NCBI GenBank assembly: GCA_003280445.1
Contig: QCEW01000002.1
Location: 3,969-67,968, forward strand
Reading direction: 5' to 3'
DNA from: Prochlorococcus sp. AG-363-A03
GTDB lineage: Bacteria > Cyanobacteriota > Cyanobacteriia > PCC-6307 > Cyanobiaceae
DNA length: 64,000 nt
Under the pieces are notes generated by a model. That model did not search any database. It was not told the DNA's origin and saw only the letters and a program-made list of their open reading frames with translations. A program made the translations under genes and the position numbers. Every line of letters begins with the position of its first letter. The stretch's first letter is position 1. Shown here one piece after another: positions 49,502 to 57,422 of this stretch.

Positions 49502-49553
49502 TAAGCAAATGATTCAGTATGTTCAGTAAAGAGATCAAATTAAGATCTTGCTA

Positions 49554-49955
49554 ATGAATACAAGCAAGCCTGACATCACTAAGAGACAGCAACAGCTTCT
49601 CAATGAACTCAAAAAATGTACTGATGAGTTGAGTGGACAAGAACTGCATAGAAAACTTCATAATGGTGAAAAGGCAATGGGTTTAACGACTGTATACAGG
49701 AACTTGCAAGCGTTAGTAAAGCAAGGCTTGATACGCTCGAGGCACCTCCCTAACGGCGAGGTCTTTTATGCCCCAGTTGAAAGAGATATTCATCATTTAA
49801 CTTGCGTAAGCTGCGGAGAAACCACTCAATTGCAGGGATGCCCCGTCAAAACAATGCACGCACCCCCAAAAGCCTCTAAAAAATTTGAGCTGTTGTTTCA
49901 TACTCTTGAATACTTTGGCCTCTGCCAAAATTGTTCCCAAAAATTGAATGCTTGA
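49554..49955 (+). CDS. zur: Fur-family regulator, zinc uptake regulator
   Basis: TKRQQQLL, MGLTTVYRNL, HHLTCVSC, GCP, GLCQNC; embedded in znu genes with a nearby Zur-type box. Confidence 0.85.
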   Translation: MNTSKPDITKRQQQLLNELKKCTDELSGQELHRKLHNGEKAMGLTTVYRNLQALVKQGLIRSRHLPNGEVFYAPVERDIHHLTCVSCGETTQLQGCPVKTMHAPPKASKKFELLFHTLEYFGLCQNCSQKLNA

Positions 49956-49981
49956 TTGAAATGCATAAAGATAAATCAGAA

Positions 49982-50677
49982 CTATATTTTCCATCTCAGA
50001 TAATTAATTGAACTAAGTTTTTCCTGCACCTCTTCGGGGTTGCCAGAAGCTAAAATAATCTTATCTAGAACAACAACCTTGTCATAAGCATTTAAGGACG
50101 TCCCCCAATCGTGACTACTAACGAAAACCGTCAGTCCCGAATCAGCTAACTGACGGATGATTAATAGGAAGTCTTCTTTTGCAGGAGGATCAAAGGCGGA
50201 ACACGGTTCATCAAGTAGAAAAATTTTGGCAGGATTCATCAAGGTTTTTGCGAGTAGTGCTCTTTGTTGCTGACCACCAGATAAAGCATCAAGTCGCCTT
50301 TTTGCCAAATGAGATATTCCAACACGTTGAAGAGCCGCTTCTAATTCACAACAAGTCGATTTAGAATGATTTACTCGACCTAAAGAAACTAATCCTTCAA
50401 CAGTAATTGGGAAATTCCAATTCAGCTTTCCCCTCTGAGGCATTAAAGCCACTTGAGATCGATTGTTAATCAAAGGCTTTCCGTCAACAGTAATTTCTCC
50501 TTGATCCGGCTTGCTACTACCTTGCAGCAAGCTTAATAATGTAGACTTACCAGCGCCATTTGGACCAACAAGAGCAGTCAAAGTACCTTGCTCAAGCTTT
50601 AGAGAAACCTTGCTTAAAGCAGGTTTGATATTACTCGAATAGGAATATGTCACATTTTCAGCAATCAAACTAGACAT
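49982..50677 (-). CDS. znuC: Zn/Mn ABC transporter ATP-binding protein
   Basis: GPNGAGKST, PQR..WNFPITV, LSGGQQQR, LLDEP, SSHD. Confidence 0.88.
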   Translation of the reverse strand: MSSLIAENVTYSYSSNIKPALSKVSLKLEQGTLTALVGPNGAGKSTLLSLLQGSSKPDQGEITVDGKPLINNRSQVALMPQRGKLNWNFPITVEGLVSLGRVNHSKSTCCELEAALQRVGISHLAKRRLDALSGGQQQRALLAKTLMNPAKIFLLDEPCSAFDPPAKEDFLLIIRQLADSGLTVFVSSHDWGTSLNAYDKVVVLDKIILASGNPEEVQEKLSSINYLRWKI

Positions 50678-50727
50678 CAATTAGAGGATTTGCTGACAAG
50701 AAACATAATATACTTGCCAAGACCAAA

Positions 50728-50748
50728 TGAAAATGATTATCGTTTTAG
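50728..50748. promoter_or_regulatory. Zur box in the divergent znuC/znuA promoter
   Basis: TGAAAATGAT-T-ATCGTTTTAG: 8-1-8 palindrome with one mismatch, matching the cyanobacterial AATGATNATCATT Zur motif. Confidence 0.8.
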
Positions 50749-50766
50749 ATACGCTAAATATTTTTG

Positions 50767-52296
50767 ATGTCGAATTTTTCTAATCAGTCCAAAAAGGCTA
50801 AACCCATAATCAATAATACAGTTCTCAAAAGTTCTCTTGTTGCTGGAGCATTTTTATTTTCTGGAATTAATCAGAGTGCACAGGCAAATTCAAAACCAAT
50901 TGTTGCCGTAGAGCCATTAGTCTGCGATGTCGTTTCTGCGATTGCACCACCTTCAACACCTGTAACCTGCTTAATTGATAGAAAACAAGATGTTCATGAT
51001 GTCAAAATCACTCCAAGGCAAGCTCAAACACTAAAAAGTGCAAACCAAGTATTTACTCTTGGTTCAGAGATGACCCCTGCAATGAAAAAATGGTTAGATA
51101 ATCCTTTAACTGTTGTTGTAGGCGTAAGTGCAATAGAAATAGACGATCATCATGACGATCACGATGATCATTCAGCTGCTAAGAAGGATGATGACCACGA
51201 TGATCATGACGATCATTCAGCTGCTAAGCATGACGATCATGACGACCACGATGATCATGGCGATGCCCATGGAGAGGGAGCTTTTGAATGGGCTGGTGTT
51301 TTTGATCTTTCAGCAGGAACATACAAATGGTCTTTTGCCAAAGTCGATGGAGACTATGCTGATCCTGCAATGAAAATGGTTATTCTCAACTCTGGTGATA
51401 TTGAAGCATCAGAAGAGCTTGCGAAAGAATTATTAGGGTCTCAGAATTCAGAAACTAAACGCAATAATGACAAACTTGTTGCACAGGAAAAAGCATATTT
51501 TCTCTCATTTAATGAGAAGAAAGACATCACAACATTTACTGTAGAAATCAAAAAAGCTGGTAAATATGCATTCTTTACTGAGCATATGCCTTTTGAATTT
51601 GAAGCCGACGAACATTTCTTTAAGGATATTTCAGGCGACGATGTTGAACCGATTGCTCAAGTCCCAGATGAAGGCGATCACCATCATCACCATGACCATG
51701 GTGGGCTAGATCCTCATATCTGGCATGACCCTCATAACATCATCAAGATGGGAAATGTCATTTCTAAAAATATCAATAAGAAAATTTCCTTCTTTGACAG
51801 AGAAACAAAAAAAGTTTTAAAAGAGAGGACTCAAGCCGTTAATTCTATTTTGGAAGATCTCGATTTATGGACTCAAAAACAAGTTGCCACAATTCCTACT
51901 GATCGAAGGACAATCGTTTCGAAGCACAAAGCGATGGAATATTACGGAGATGCATTTGGCTTGAAGACTTTGAGTCTATTAGATTACGTTGGTGATTCTT
52001 CCAGCCTTAGACCAGAGACTATTTCAACGGTAATAGCTGAGCTGAAAGAAGAAAACGTGAAAGTATTATTCGCTGAGCAAAAGCCTCCTTCCAAGCTATT
52101 GAAAAACCTGAGCAGACAAACTTCCACCCCTATTGCAAGAAATCAGATCTTTGTTGATGGTCTAATGCTAGAGGGGAATACTGTTTCAGTAGCAGTACAC
52201 AACACATGTACAATTGTTGATTCGCTTGGTGGAGAATGTGACGAGAAAGAGGGTGATGAACTTGAGAGTAAATGGAATGATTTAAGTAACCCTTAA
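50767..52296 (+). CDS. znuA: Zn ABC transporter substrate-binding protein with His/Asp-rich loop and inserted domain
   Basis: DVHD, DPHIWHDP, HKAMEYY cluster A-I motifs; His/Asp repeats; ~130-aa insertion FEWAGVF...PIAQVP. Confidence 0.88.
   Translation: MSNFSNQSKKAKPIINNTVLKSSLVAGAFLFSGINQSAQANSKPIVAVEPLVCDVVSAIAPPSTPVTCLIDRKQDVHDVKITPRQAQTLKSANQVFTLGSEMTPAMKKWLDNPLTVVVGVSAIEIDDHHDDHDDHSAAKKDDDHDDHDDHSAAKHDDHDDHDDHGDAHGEGAFEWAGVFDLSAGTYKWSFAKVDGDYADPAMKMVILNSGDIEASEELAKELLGSQNSETKRNNDKLVAQEKAYFLSFNEKKDITTFTVEIKKAGKYAFFTEHMPFEFEADEHFFKDISGDDVEPIAQVPDEGDHHHHHDHGGLDPHIWHDPHNIIKMGNVISKNINKKISFFDRETKKVLKERTQAVNSILEDLDLWTQKQVATIPTDRRTIVSKHKAMEYYGDAFGLKTLSLLDYVGDSSSLRPETISTVIAELKEENVKVLFAEQKPPSKLLKNLSRQTSTPIARNQIFVDGLMLEGNTVSVAVHNTCTIVDSLGGECDEKEGDELESKWNDLSNP
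51142..51270 (+). repeat. His/Asp-coding degenerate tandem repeat in znuA (45-bp period)
   Basis: GATCATTCAGCTGCTAAG at 51166 and 51211, embedded in GAY/CAY triplet runs. Confidence 0.85.
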
Positions 52297-52353
52297 CTTT
52301 TACAAATACAATCCTGTCTACATTGATAAAATGCAGACAGGATTGCAACAAAA

Positions 52354-52671
52354 ATGTTTCCAACTAAAGGGTTTAACGCCTACAGACAACACTGGGAAGA
52401 TCAGGCAAGTTTTATGGATAAAGCCCCATGGGATAGAGATAAAATCTTAAAACTTACTATCTCAACTGACTTCGATGACAATTTAAAAGAACTTCAATTT
52501 TCAAATCATTCGCTTAAGAAAGAAAATGGAAAAAGTACAGTAAGATTAAAAGTTCCTTACAATTATTTTGAGCTAGATGATTTTGAATCAAAGTCACTAG
52601 ATTTATTGGGAATACAAGAGAATTGGCTAACTGATATTTCTCTTGACAACTCTCATTGTTCACATTGTTAG
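52354..52671 (+). CDS. Hypothetical protein ending in SHCSHC
   Basis: 105-aa ORF between znuA and the COG0523 gene, 9 bp before the COG0523 start. Confidence 0.7.
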   Translation: MFPTKGFNAYRQHWEDQASFMDKAPWDRDKILKLTISTDFDDNLKELQFSNHSLKKENGKSTVRLKVPYNYFELDDFESKSLDLLGIQENWLTDISLDNSHCSHC

Positions 52672-52680
52672 TTAAAGGAA

Positions 52681-54063
52681 ATGAGCATTAAGGAAAAAGT
52701 ACCGGTGACCATATTGACTGGTTTCCTAGGATCTGGCAAAACTACTCTACTTAATCGAATCCTGAGCGAAGAACATGGTAAAAAAATAGCTGTTATTGAA
52801 AATGAATATGGTGAAGTTGGTATTGATCAAGGATTAGTAATCAATGCTGACGAAGAGGTCTTCGAGATGTCCAACGGTTGCATCTGCTGCACTGTACGTG
52901 GAGATTTAATTCGTGTACTAGGAAACCTCATGAAGAGGCGAGACAAATTTGACTATGTATTAGTTGAAACTACTGGACTCGCTGATCCTGGTCCTGTCGC
53001 TCAGACATTCTTTATGGACGATGAAATCCGTGAGGAGTTTTCACTTGATGGAATAGTCACACTTGTTGATGCAGCCCATATAGAGCAACAACTTGGTCGA
53101 AGTGATGAGAGTTCGGAGCAAGTTGCCTTTGCTGACGTCCTTGTCCTAAATAAAACCGATCTAGTTTCAGATGAATCACTCGACAACTTAGAATTACGGC
53201 TACGCGATATGAATCGTATGGCTCGTGTTATACGCAGTAAACAAGCAGACGTCTCAATTGATACTGTGCTAAATCTAAGTGCTTTTGATCTAGATCAAGT
53301 ACTTCAGCGTCGTCCAACTTTTCTTGAACCAGAATACCCATTTGAGTGGACAGGTGTTTTTTCACTTGAAAAAGGTCGCTATGAACTTACGCTCGAAGAA
53401 GGTCCAGACCCCACAATGTCTCTCGTCCTGTTATTAAACCAAGGCAAGGATGAGACATCACTCAACTCAGGGGCTGAATCATGCGTAAGACTATATGCCG
53501 AACAAGAACAACTTATGAATCCAGGGGATATGGTCCCAGTCGGCAAACATGTAAGCCTTCAACTGCAATCCGGAGGAACTAAGTCCTTCTTCATAGATGT
53601 TGATAAGGCAAGGGATATAGGTCTGTTCACTCAACATACAGCCGAAGAATTTAATATGAAATTAACGAAAGTAAATACTCCTTCTACAGATGAGATAGAT
53701 AATGATCAGAACACCTCTACAATTTCTCCAATAGCTGAGAGGGTTTGGGTAGCTGAACACGAACACGATGACGAAGTAGGTTCAATCGCTATCGAGCGAG
53801 AGGGTGATGTAGATCCGGAGAAACTCAATAGATGGCTAAGTCGACTTTTGTCTGAGAAAGGTGTGGATATATTTCGCACCAAAGGTTTCATTAGTTATGC
53901 GGGTGAATCTAAGCGAATAGTTTTTCAAGGAGTACACATGCTCTTCACAGCACAACCTGATAAAGAATGGGGCAATGAACCTCGCCGTAACCAACTCGTC
54001 TTTATCGGTAGAAATCTTGATGCAGCAGAAATGAGTAGGGAGTTTGACAAATGTCTGGTATAG
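52681..54063 (+). CDS. COG0523/CobW-family G3E GTPase (putative zinc metallochaperone) with inserted domain
   Basis: TGFLGSGKTT, ENEYGEVGID, GCICC, ETTGLADP, NKTD, HEHD, CobW_C (FRTKGF..FQGVH..LVFIGRNLD). Confidence 0.92.
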   Translation: MSIKEKVPVTILTGFLGSGKTTLLNRILSEEHGKKIAVIENEYGEVGIDQGLVINADEEVFEMSNGCICCTVRGDLIRVLGNLMKRRDKFDYVLVETTGLADPGPVAQTFFMDDEIREEFSLDGIVTLVDAAHIEQQLGRSDESSEQVAFADVLVLNKTDLVSDESLDNLELRLRDMNRMARVIRSKQADVSIDTVLNLSAFDLDQVLQRRPTFLEPEYPFEWTGVFSLEKGRYELTLEEGPDPTMSLVLLLNQGKDETSLNSGAESCVRLYAEQEQLMNPGDMVPVGKHVSLQLQSGGTKSFFIDVDKARDIGLFTQHTAEEFNMKLTKVNTPSTDEIDNDQNTSTISPIAERVWVAEHEHDDEVGSIAIEREGDVDPEKLNRWLSRLLSEKGVDIFRTKGFISYAGESKRIVFQGVHMLFTAQPDKEWGNEPRRNQLVFIGRNLDAAEMSREFDKCLV

Positions 54064-55124
54064 AAGCATTTAGTCCCAAGGGAATGCTTCATGAAGGTTG
54101 GTCTACGCAAGTTGACGACTATGCGATTGTATGCGGCTGGGCACTAGAAGGTAAAACTTTTTTAGTAGGTGATGTCGCTGGTGGGCTTTACGCATTTGAG
54201 GGAAAATCTGGAAAGCTCATTTGGCAAATAAAAGACATACATAAAGGTGGCTTACTCGCAATGTCTATACATCCAAATGGAAAGACTTTTGCAACTGCTG
54301 GCCAAGATGGACATGTGAATATATGGGAAAGCCAAGAGGGTACGGCAACTAATGCTTTGGAGCTTGGGAAAGGATGGGTTGAGCACATCAAGTGGTCCCC
54401 AGACGGAAAATTTTTAGCAGTAGTTTTTACTAAATACGTCTATGTTTTTGATGATAAAGGTCAAGAACATTGGCGTTCAGAGAAGCATCCCAGCACTGTC
54501 AGCGCAATTGCTTGGTCTAATTCAAATGAATTAGCAACAGCATGCTATGGCCAAGTCACTTTTTTTGATGTAGTAAACGACAAGATCAATCAAAAGTTGG
54601 AGTGGCGAGGCTCACTGGTATCAATGGTGCTTAGTCCAGATGGAGACATAGTGGCATGCGGCAGTCAGGATAATTCTGTTCATTTCTGGCGTCGTTCAAC
54701 AGATGAAGATTCAGAGATGACAGGATATCCAGGCAAACCAAGCCACCTAGCTTTTGATCAAACTGGCACAGTTCTTGCTACTGGGGGTAGTGATCGAGTA
54801 ACGGTTTGGAGTTTTCAAGACGATGGTCCTGAGGGCACTGTACCTGGAGAGTTAATGCTTCATACCGAACCCATTTCATGCCTTGCTTTCTCACATAGCG
54901 GGATGCTTTTAGCTTCTGGCGCGAGAGATGGTTCAGTTTTTTCTTGGTTCCTCCAAGCAGATGGTCAGGGTGATCCAGTTGGTGGTGCATTTTCAGGTGA
55001 CCTTGTAAGCCAAATCGCTTGGCACCCTGATGACACTGCCTTGGCTGCAATAAATGCAAACGGAGGAATTACGGTTTGGGATTTTAAGGTTCGAACAAAA
55101 ACAGCACCTCAAGGATTCGAATAA
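54051..55124 (+). CDS. WD40-repeat beta-propeller protein
   Basis: Repeated xATAGQDGHVNIW / ACGSQDNSVHFW / ASGARDGSV units; overlaps the COG0523 stop. Confidence 0.9.
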   Translation: MSGIEAFSPKGMLHEGWSTQVDDYAIVCGWALEGKTFLVGDVAGGLYAFEGKSGKLIWQIKDIHKGGLLAMSIHPNGKTFATAGQDGHVNIWESQEGTATNALELGKGWVEHIKWSPDGKFLAVVFTKYVYVFDDKGQEHWRSEKHPSTVSAIAWSNSNELATACYGQVTFFDVVNDKINQKLEWRGSLVSMVLSPDGDIVACGSQDNSVHFWRRSTDEDSEMTGYPGKPSHLAFDQTGTVLATGGSDRVTVWSFQDDGPEGTVPGELMLHTEPISCLAFSHSGMLLASGARDGSVFSWFLQADGQGDPVGGAFSGDLVSQIAWHPDDTALAAINANGGITVWDFKVRTKTAPQGFE

Positions 55125-55270
55125 GGTCAAAATTTCTTATTTCCAATAGATACTCGAGAGCTGTTCGATTGCTATTGCTTAGAAAATTAAAAATTCAACA
55201 AGAGGAGTTTTTACTGATGTATAAATATTCCATATAACTTATATATGGTTATATCCCGCGAGAGAACTCA

Positions 55271-55414
55271 ATGGAAAAAACAATTCTTTGGCTTCAAGAA
55301 TTACTCATTTCAATGGGAAATGCTCTATTTCATCCTTATAAAGAGAACTCACCTCCAAGTTTTGAGGCGCAGCCTTTCAAAGATGACCCTTATAAGAACC
55401 GAGGAATTGCATAG
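55271..55414 (+). CDS. Small hypothetical protein, 47 aa (not in ORF track)
   Basis: MEKTILWLQELLISMGNALFHPYKENSPPSFEAQPFKDDPYKNRGIA; followed by a terminator; more protein-like than the overlapping 55245 ORF. Confidence 0.6.
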   Translation: MEKTILWLQELLISMGNALFHPYKENSPPSFEAQPFKDDPYKNRGIA

Positions 55415-55441
55415 GTTAAGGTCAAAATTGTTTTAAATTTC

Positions 55442-55472
55442 AAAGAGGGGTTCAAGTGGGCCTCTTTTTTAT
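55442..55472 (+). terminator. Intrinsic terminator
   Basis: AAAGAGG-N12-CCTCTTT followed by a T-run. Confidence 0.6.
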
Positions 55473-55541
55473 TATCTATTTACGAGAAGAAAAAGTAACG
55501 ACCGAACCAAAAAGAATTAGAGAATGTGGTTTAATAGTGGG

Positions 55542-55697
55542 ATGAATACACAGATTAAGAAGAAGTTAAGCACTAGCAATTCTGGCGTTAACTTAAAAAA
55601 AACCGACAACAAACAACCTACTTGGCATTTTGAAGTAGAAGGTAGCGGTCAAAGAAAGAGATACTTAAGGTCTCTTAAAGACAAAGCTGTAGCTTGA
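55542..55697 (+). CDS. Small basic hypothetical protein, 51 aa (not in ORF track)
   Basis: MNTQIKKKLSTSNSGVNLKKTDNKQPTWHFEVEGSGQRKRYLRSLKDKAVA. Confidence 0.5.
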   Translation: MNTQIKKKLSTSNSGVNLKKTDNKQPTWHFEVEGSGQRKRYLRSLKDKAVA

Positions 55698-55845
55698 TTT
55701 ATAGCCTTTTAATTAAAACACATCTAAATTAACAATAAAAGCCAGCCAACCAAGAGAGGGGGAAGGTCCATGTGAGATTTTCATTGAAATGGTACTGTCA
55801 AGCGATTTAGAGTTTCCAGAGATAAAAAAACCTTAAAAAAATTCT

Positions 55846-56475
55846 ATGAATTTAATTGCTAGTTATAGAAATAAAGGTTTTGAATCTGTTGCAGATGGCG
55901 TGATGTCATTTTTTGATCGTCGTACAGACTTGCATCGCAATGGAATCGCCTTTAGTAATGGGGCAAATAATGATTCAGATCCTGCAAAAATTTCTACAGA
56001 TATCAGCCTTGTAGCAATAGATCGAACTGATCCAGAATCATTTGCTTTGTCTGAAGTAATAATAAGAGGAGTCAATGCAGGTCTTCAAAAATACCTTGAA
56101 GAACGCCCACTTTTTAGCGAATGCGCTCCTGAACAATCTCTCTTTGTTAATCCCATTTTCAATCTACAACGTTATGCTCCTGGGGAGGGATTTAAGAAAT
56201 GGCACTGTGATTGGACTATTAGCGAAGAAGCGACCGAACCAGTTCACAGAGTCTTAGCTTGGATTCTGTATTGCAATGATATCGATTCAGGAGGAACAGA
56301 ATTTCACTGGCAGGAATATCATGAGACAGCGGAACGAGGAAAACTAGTTATTTTTCCCGCTGGTCTTACACATATTCATAGAGGTCGAGTTAACAAGACT
56401 CATCCAAAAACGATCGCGACCGGATGGATCAATGCCGGTTCAAGAGATTCATATATTTCTAGACTAGCTCGATAG
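55846..56475 (+). CDS. 2OG-Fe(II) oxygenase (prolyl-4-hydroxylase-like)
   Basis: QRYAPGEGFKKWHCD (HxD), LAWILYCND..GGTEF, FPAGLTHIHRG, KTIATGW. Confidence 0.88.
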   Translation: MNLIASYRNKGFESVADGVMSFFDRRTDLHRNGIAFSNGANNDSDPAKISTDISLVAIDRTDPESFALSEVIIRGVNAGLQKYLEERPLFSECAPEQSLFVNPIFNLQRYAPGEGFKKWHCDWTISEEATEPVHRVLAWILYCNDIDSGGTEFHWQEYHETAERGKLVIFPAGLTHIHRGRVNKTHPKTIATGWINAGSRDSYISRLAR

Positions 56476-56632
56476 TTAATTACTAATTTCATTCATTTAA
56501 TAAGACCTCTCATTAGGAATATTCAATCTGATTACCACTAATTCTTTAATGAATCACGAGTTCAGATCTAGATTGATAATAATTTTTGAAGAAACTTCAA
56601 CAGATTGGGAATGTATTGTGTATCATCAAATG

Positions 56633-56690
56633 ACGTTCAGCTCAATTTGAGTCGCAGTTAGATTCAAGCCATGGAACGGGGACTTGAACA
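56633..56690 (+). ncRNA. Glutamine-II riboswitch (Downstream-peptide RNA motif)
   Basis: 5' ACGTTCA, CTCAA/TTGAG hairpin, CGCAG linker, TTCAAG-CCATGGAACGGGGA-CTTGAA hairpin; CGTTC/GAACG pseudoknot; directly upstream of a DUF4278-type ORF. Confidence 0.85.
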
Positions 56691-56705
56691 TTGAAAATGA
56701 TTCCA

Positions 56706-56846
56706 ATGGCTGAGCTAACTTACAGAGGACTTAAGTACACTCAAAACAAATCCGCTAAGGGGTCACAAGAAGTGCACTTGCAATATTGTGGTCATGAAAT
56801 CATGAGTAAAAGAATCCATGAAGCAATGAAAGCAGAGATGGGTTAA
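56706..56846 (+). CDS. DUF4278-family small protein, 46 aa (not in ORF track)
   Basis: MAELTYRGLKYTQNKSAKGSQEVHLQYCGHEIMSKRIHEAMKAEMG has the LTYRGxxY signature; alternative in-frame ATG at 56697. Confidence 0.82.
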   Translation: MAELTYRGLKYTQNKSAKGSQEVHLQYCGHEIMSKRIHEAMKAEMG

Positions 56847-57016
56847 TAAATAAAGTCCAAAAAACTGAATTTCTAAAACATATTAGAATTTTTAATTACA
56901 TATCATTAATTTATAATTTTTTAAAAATAAATAACCAAATAGATTTGATTATTTGAATCAACAAATACAGATTTAATTATTTGATTCCTTTATTTATATA
57001 CTCTTTAGTTACCAAT

Positions 57017-57226
57017 ATGCAATACGAACCAGGAACAATAGATTGTCATATTTTCTTAGAATGCAAAGAGCGAATAGAGAAAATGTTACTCAGATTAAAC
57101 AAAGTAGAAAATACTGAACATATTCGCGATCAACTACAGTCTATTTACCAACAAATAGAAGGTATGCACGAGTTGAAAAAAGTCAAACGAAAAAAAATAC
57201 TATCTAATAAAGAATTGATTAAATAA
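57017..57226 (+). CDS. Small helical hypothetical protein
   Basis: MQYEPGTIDCHIFLECKE...NTEHIRDQLQSIYQQIEGMHELKK; ATG at 57017. Confidence 0.7.
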   Translation: MQYEPGTIDCHIFLECKERIEKMLLRLNKVENTEHIRDQLQSIYQQIEGMHELKKVKRKKILSNKELIK

Positions 57227-57316
57227 ATTCATAAAATATACAAATTGTTCATAGATTTCTGATTTTGTATCAATTAAGTCTTAACTTATTCAACTAAATT
57301 CCTATAAGTATTTTAT

Positions 57317-57386
57317 CAGAAAACCCGTTCCAAAGTTTTCTGTAGGGAGGTCACCACTACTGGGAAGGGTTTTGACCTCCCTCCCC
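57317..57386 (+). ncRNA. Candidate two-hairpin small RNA (Yfr-like; strand uncertain)
   Basis: CAGAAAAC-CCGTTCCAAA-GTTTTCTG then AGGGAGGTCA-N19-TGACCTCCCT; GC-rich patch in AT-rich intergenic DNA. Confidence 0.55.
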
Positions 57387-57422
57387 AATCTTAAAAAAAA
57401 ACAAGTTTATCTAATGAATTTA

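Noticed and set aside
55245-55436. 63-aa ORF from the ORF track
   Set aside because: Overlaps a more protein-like 47-aa ORF in another frame (55271-55414).
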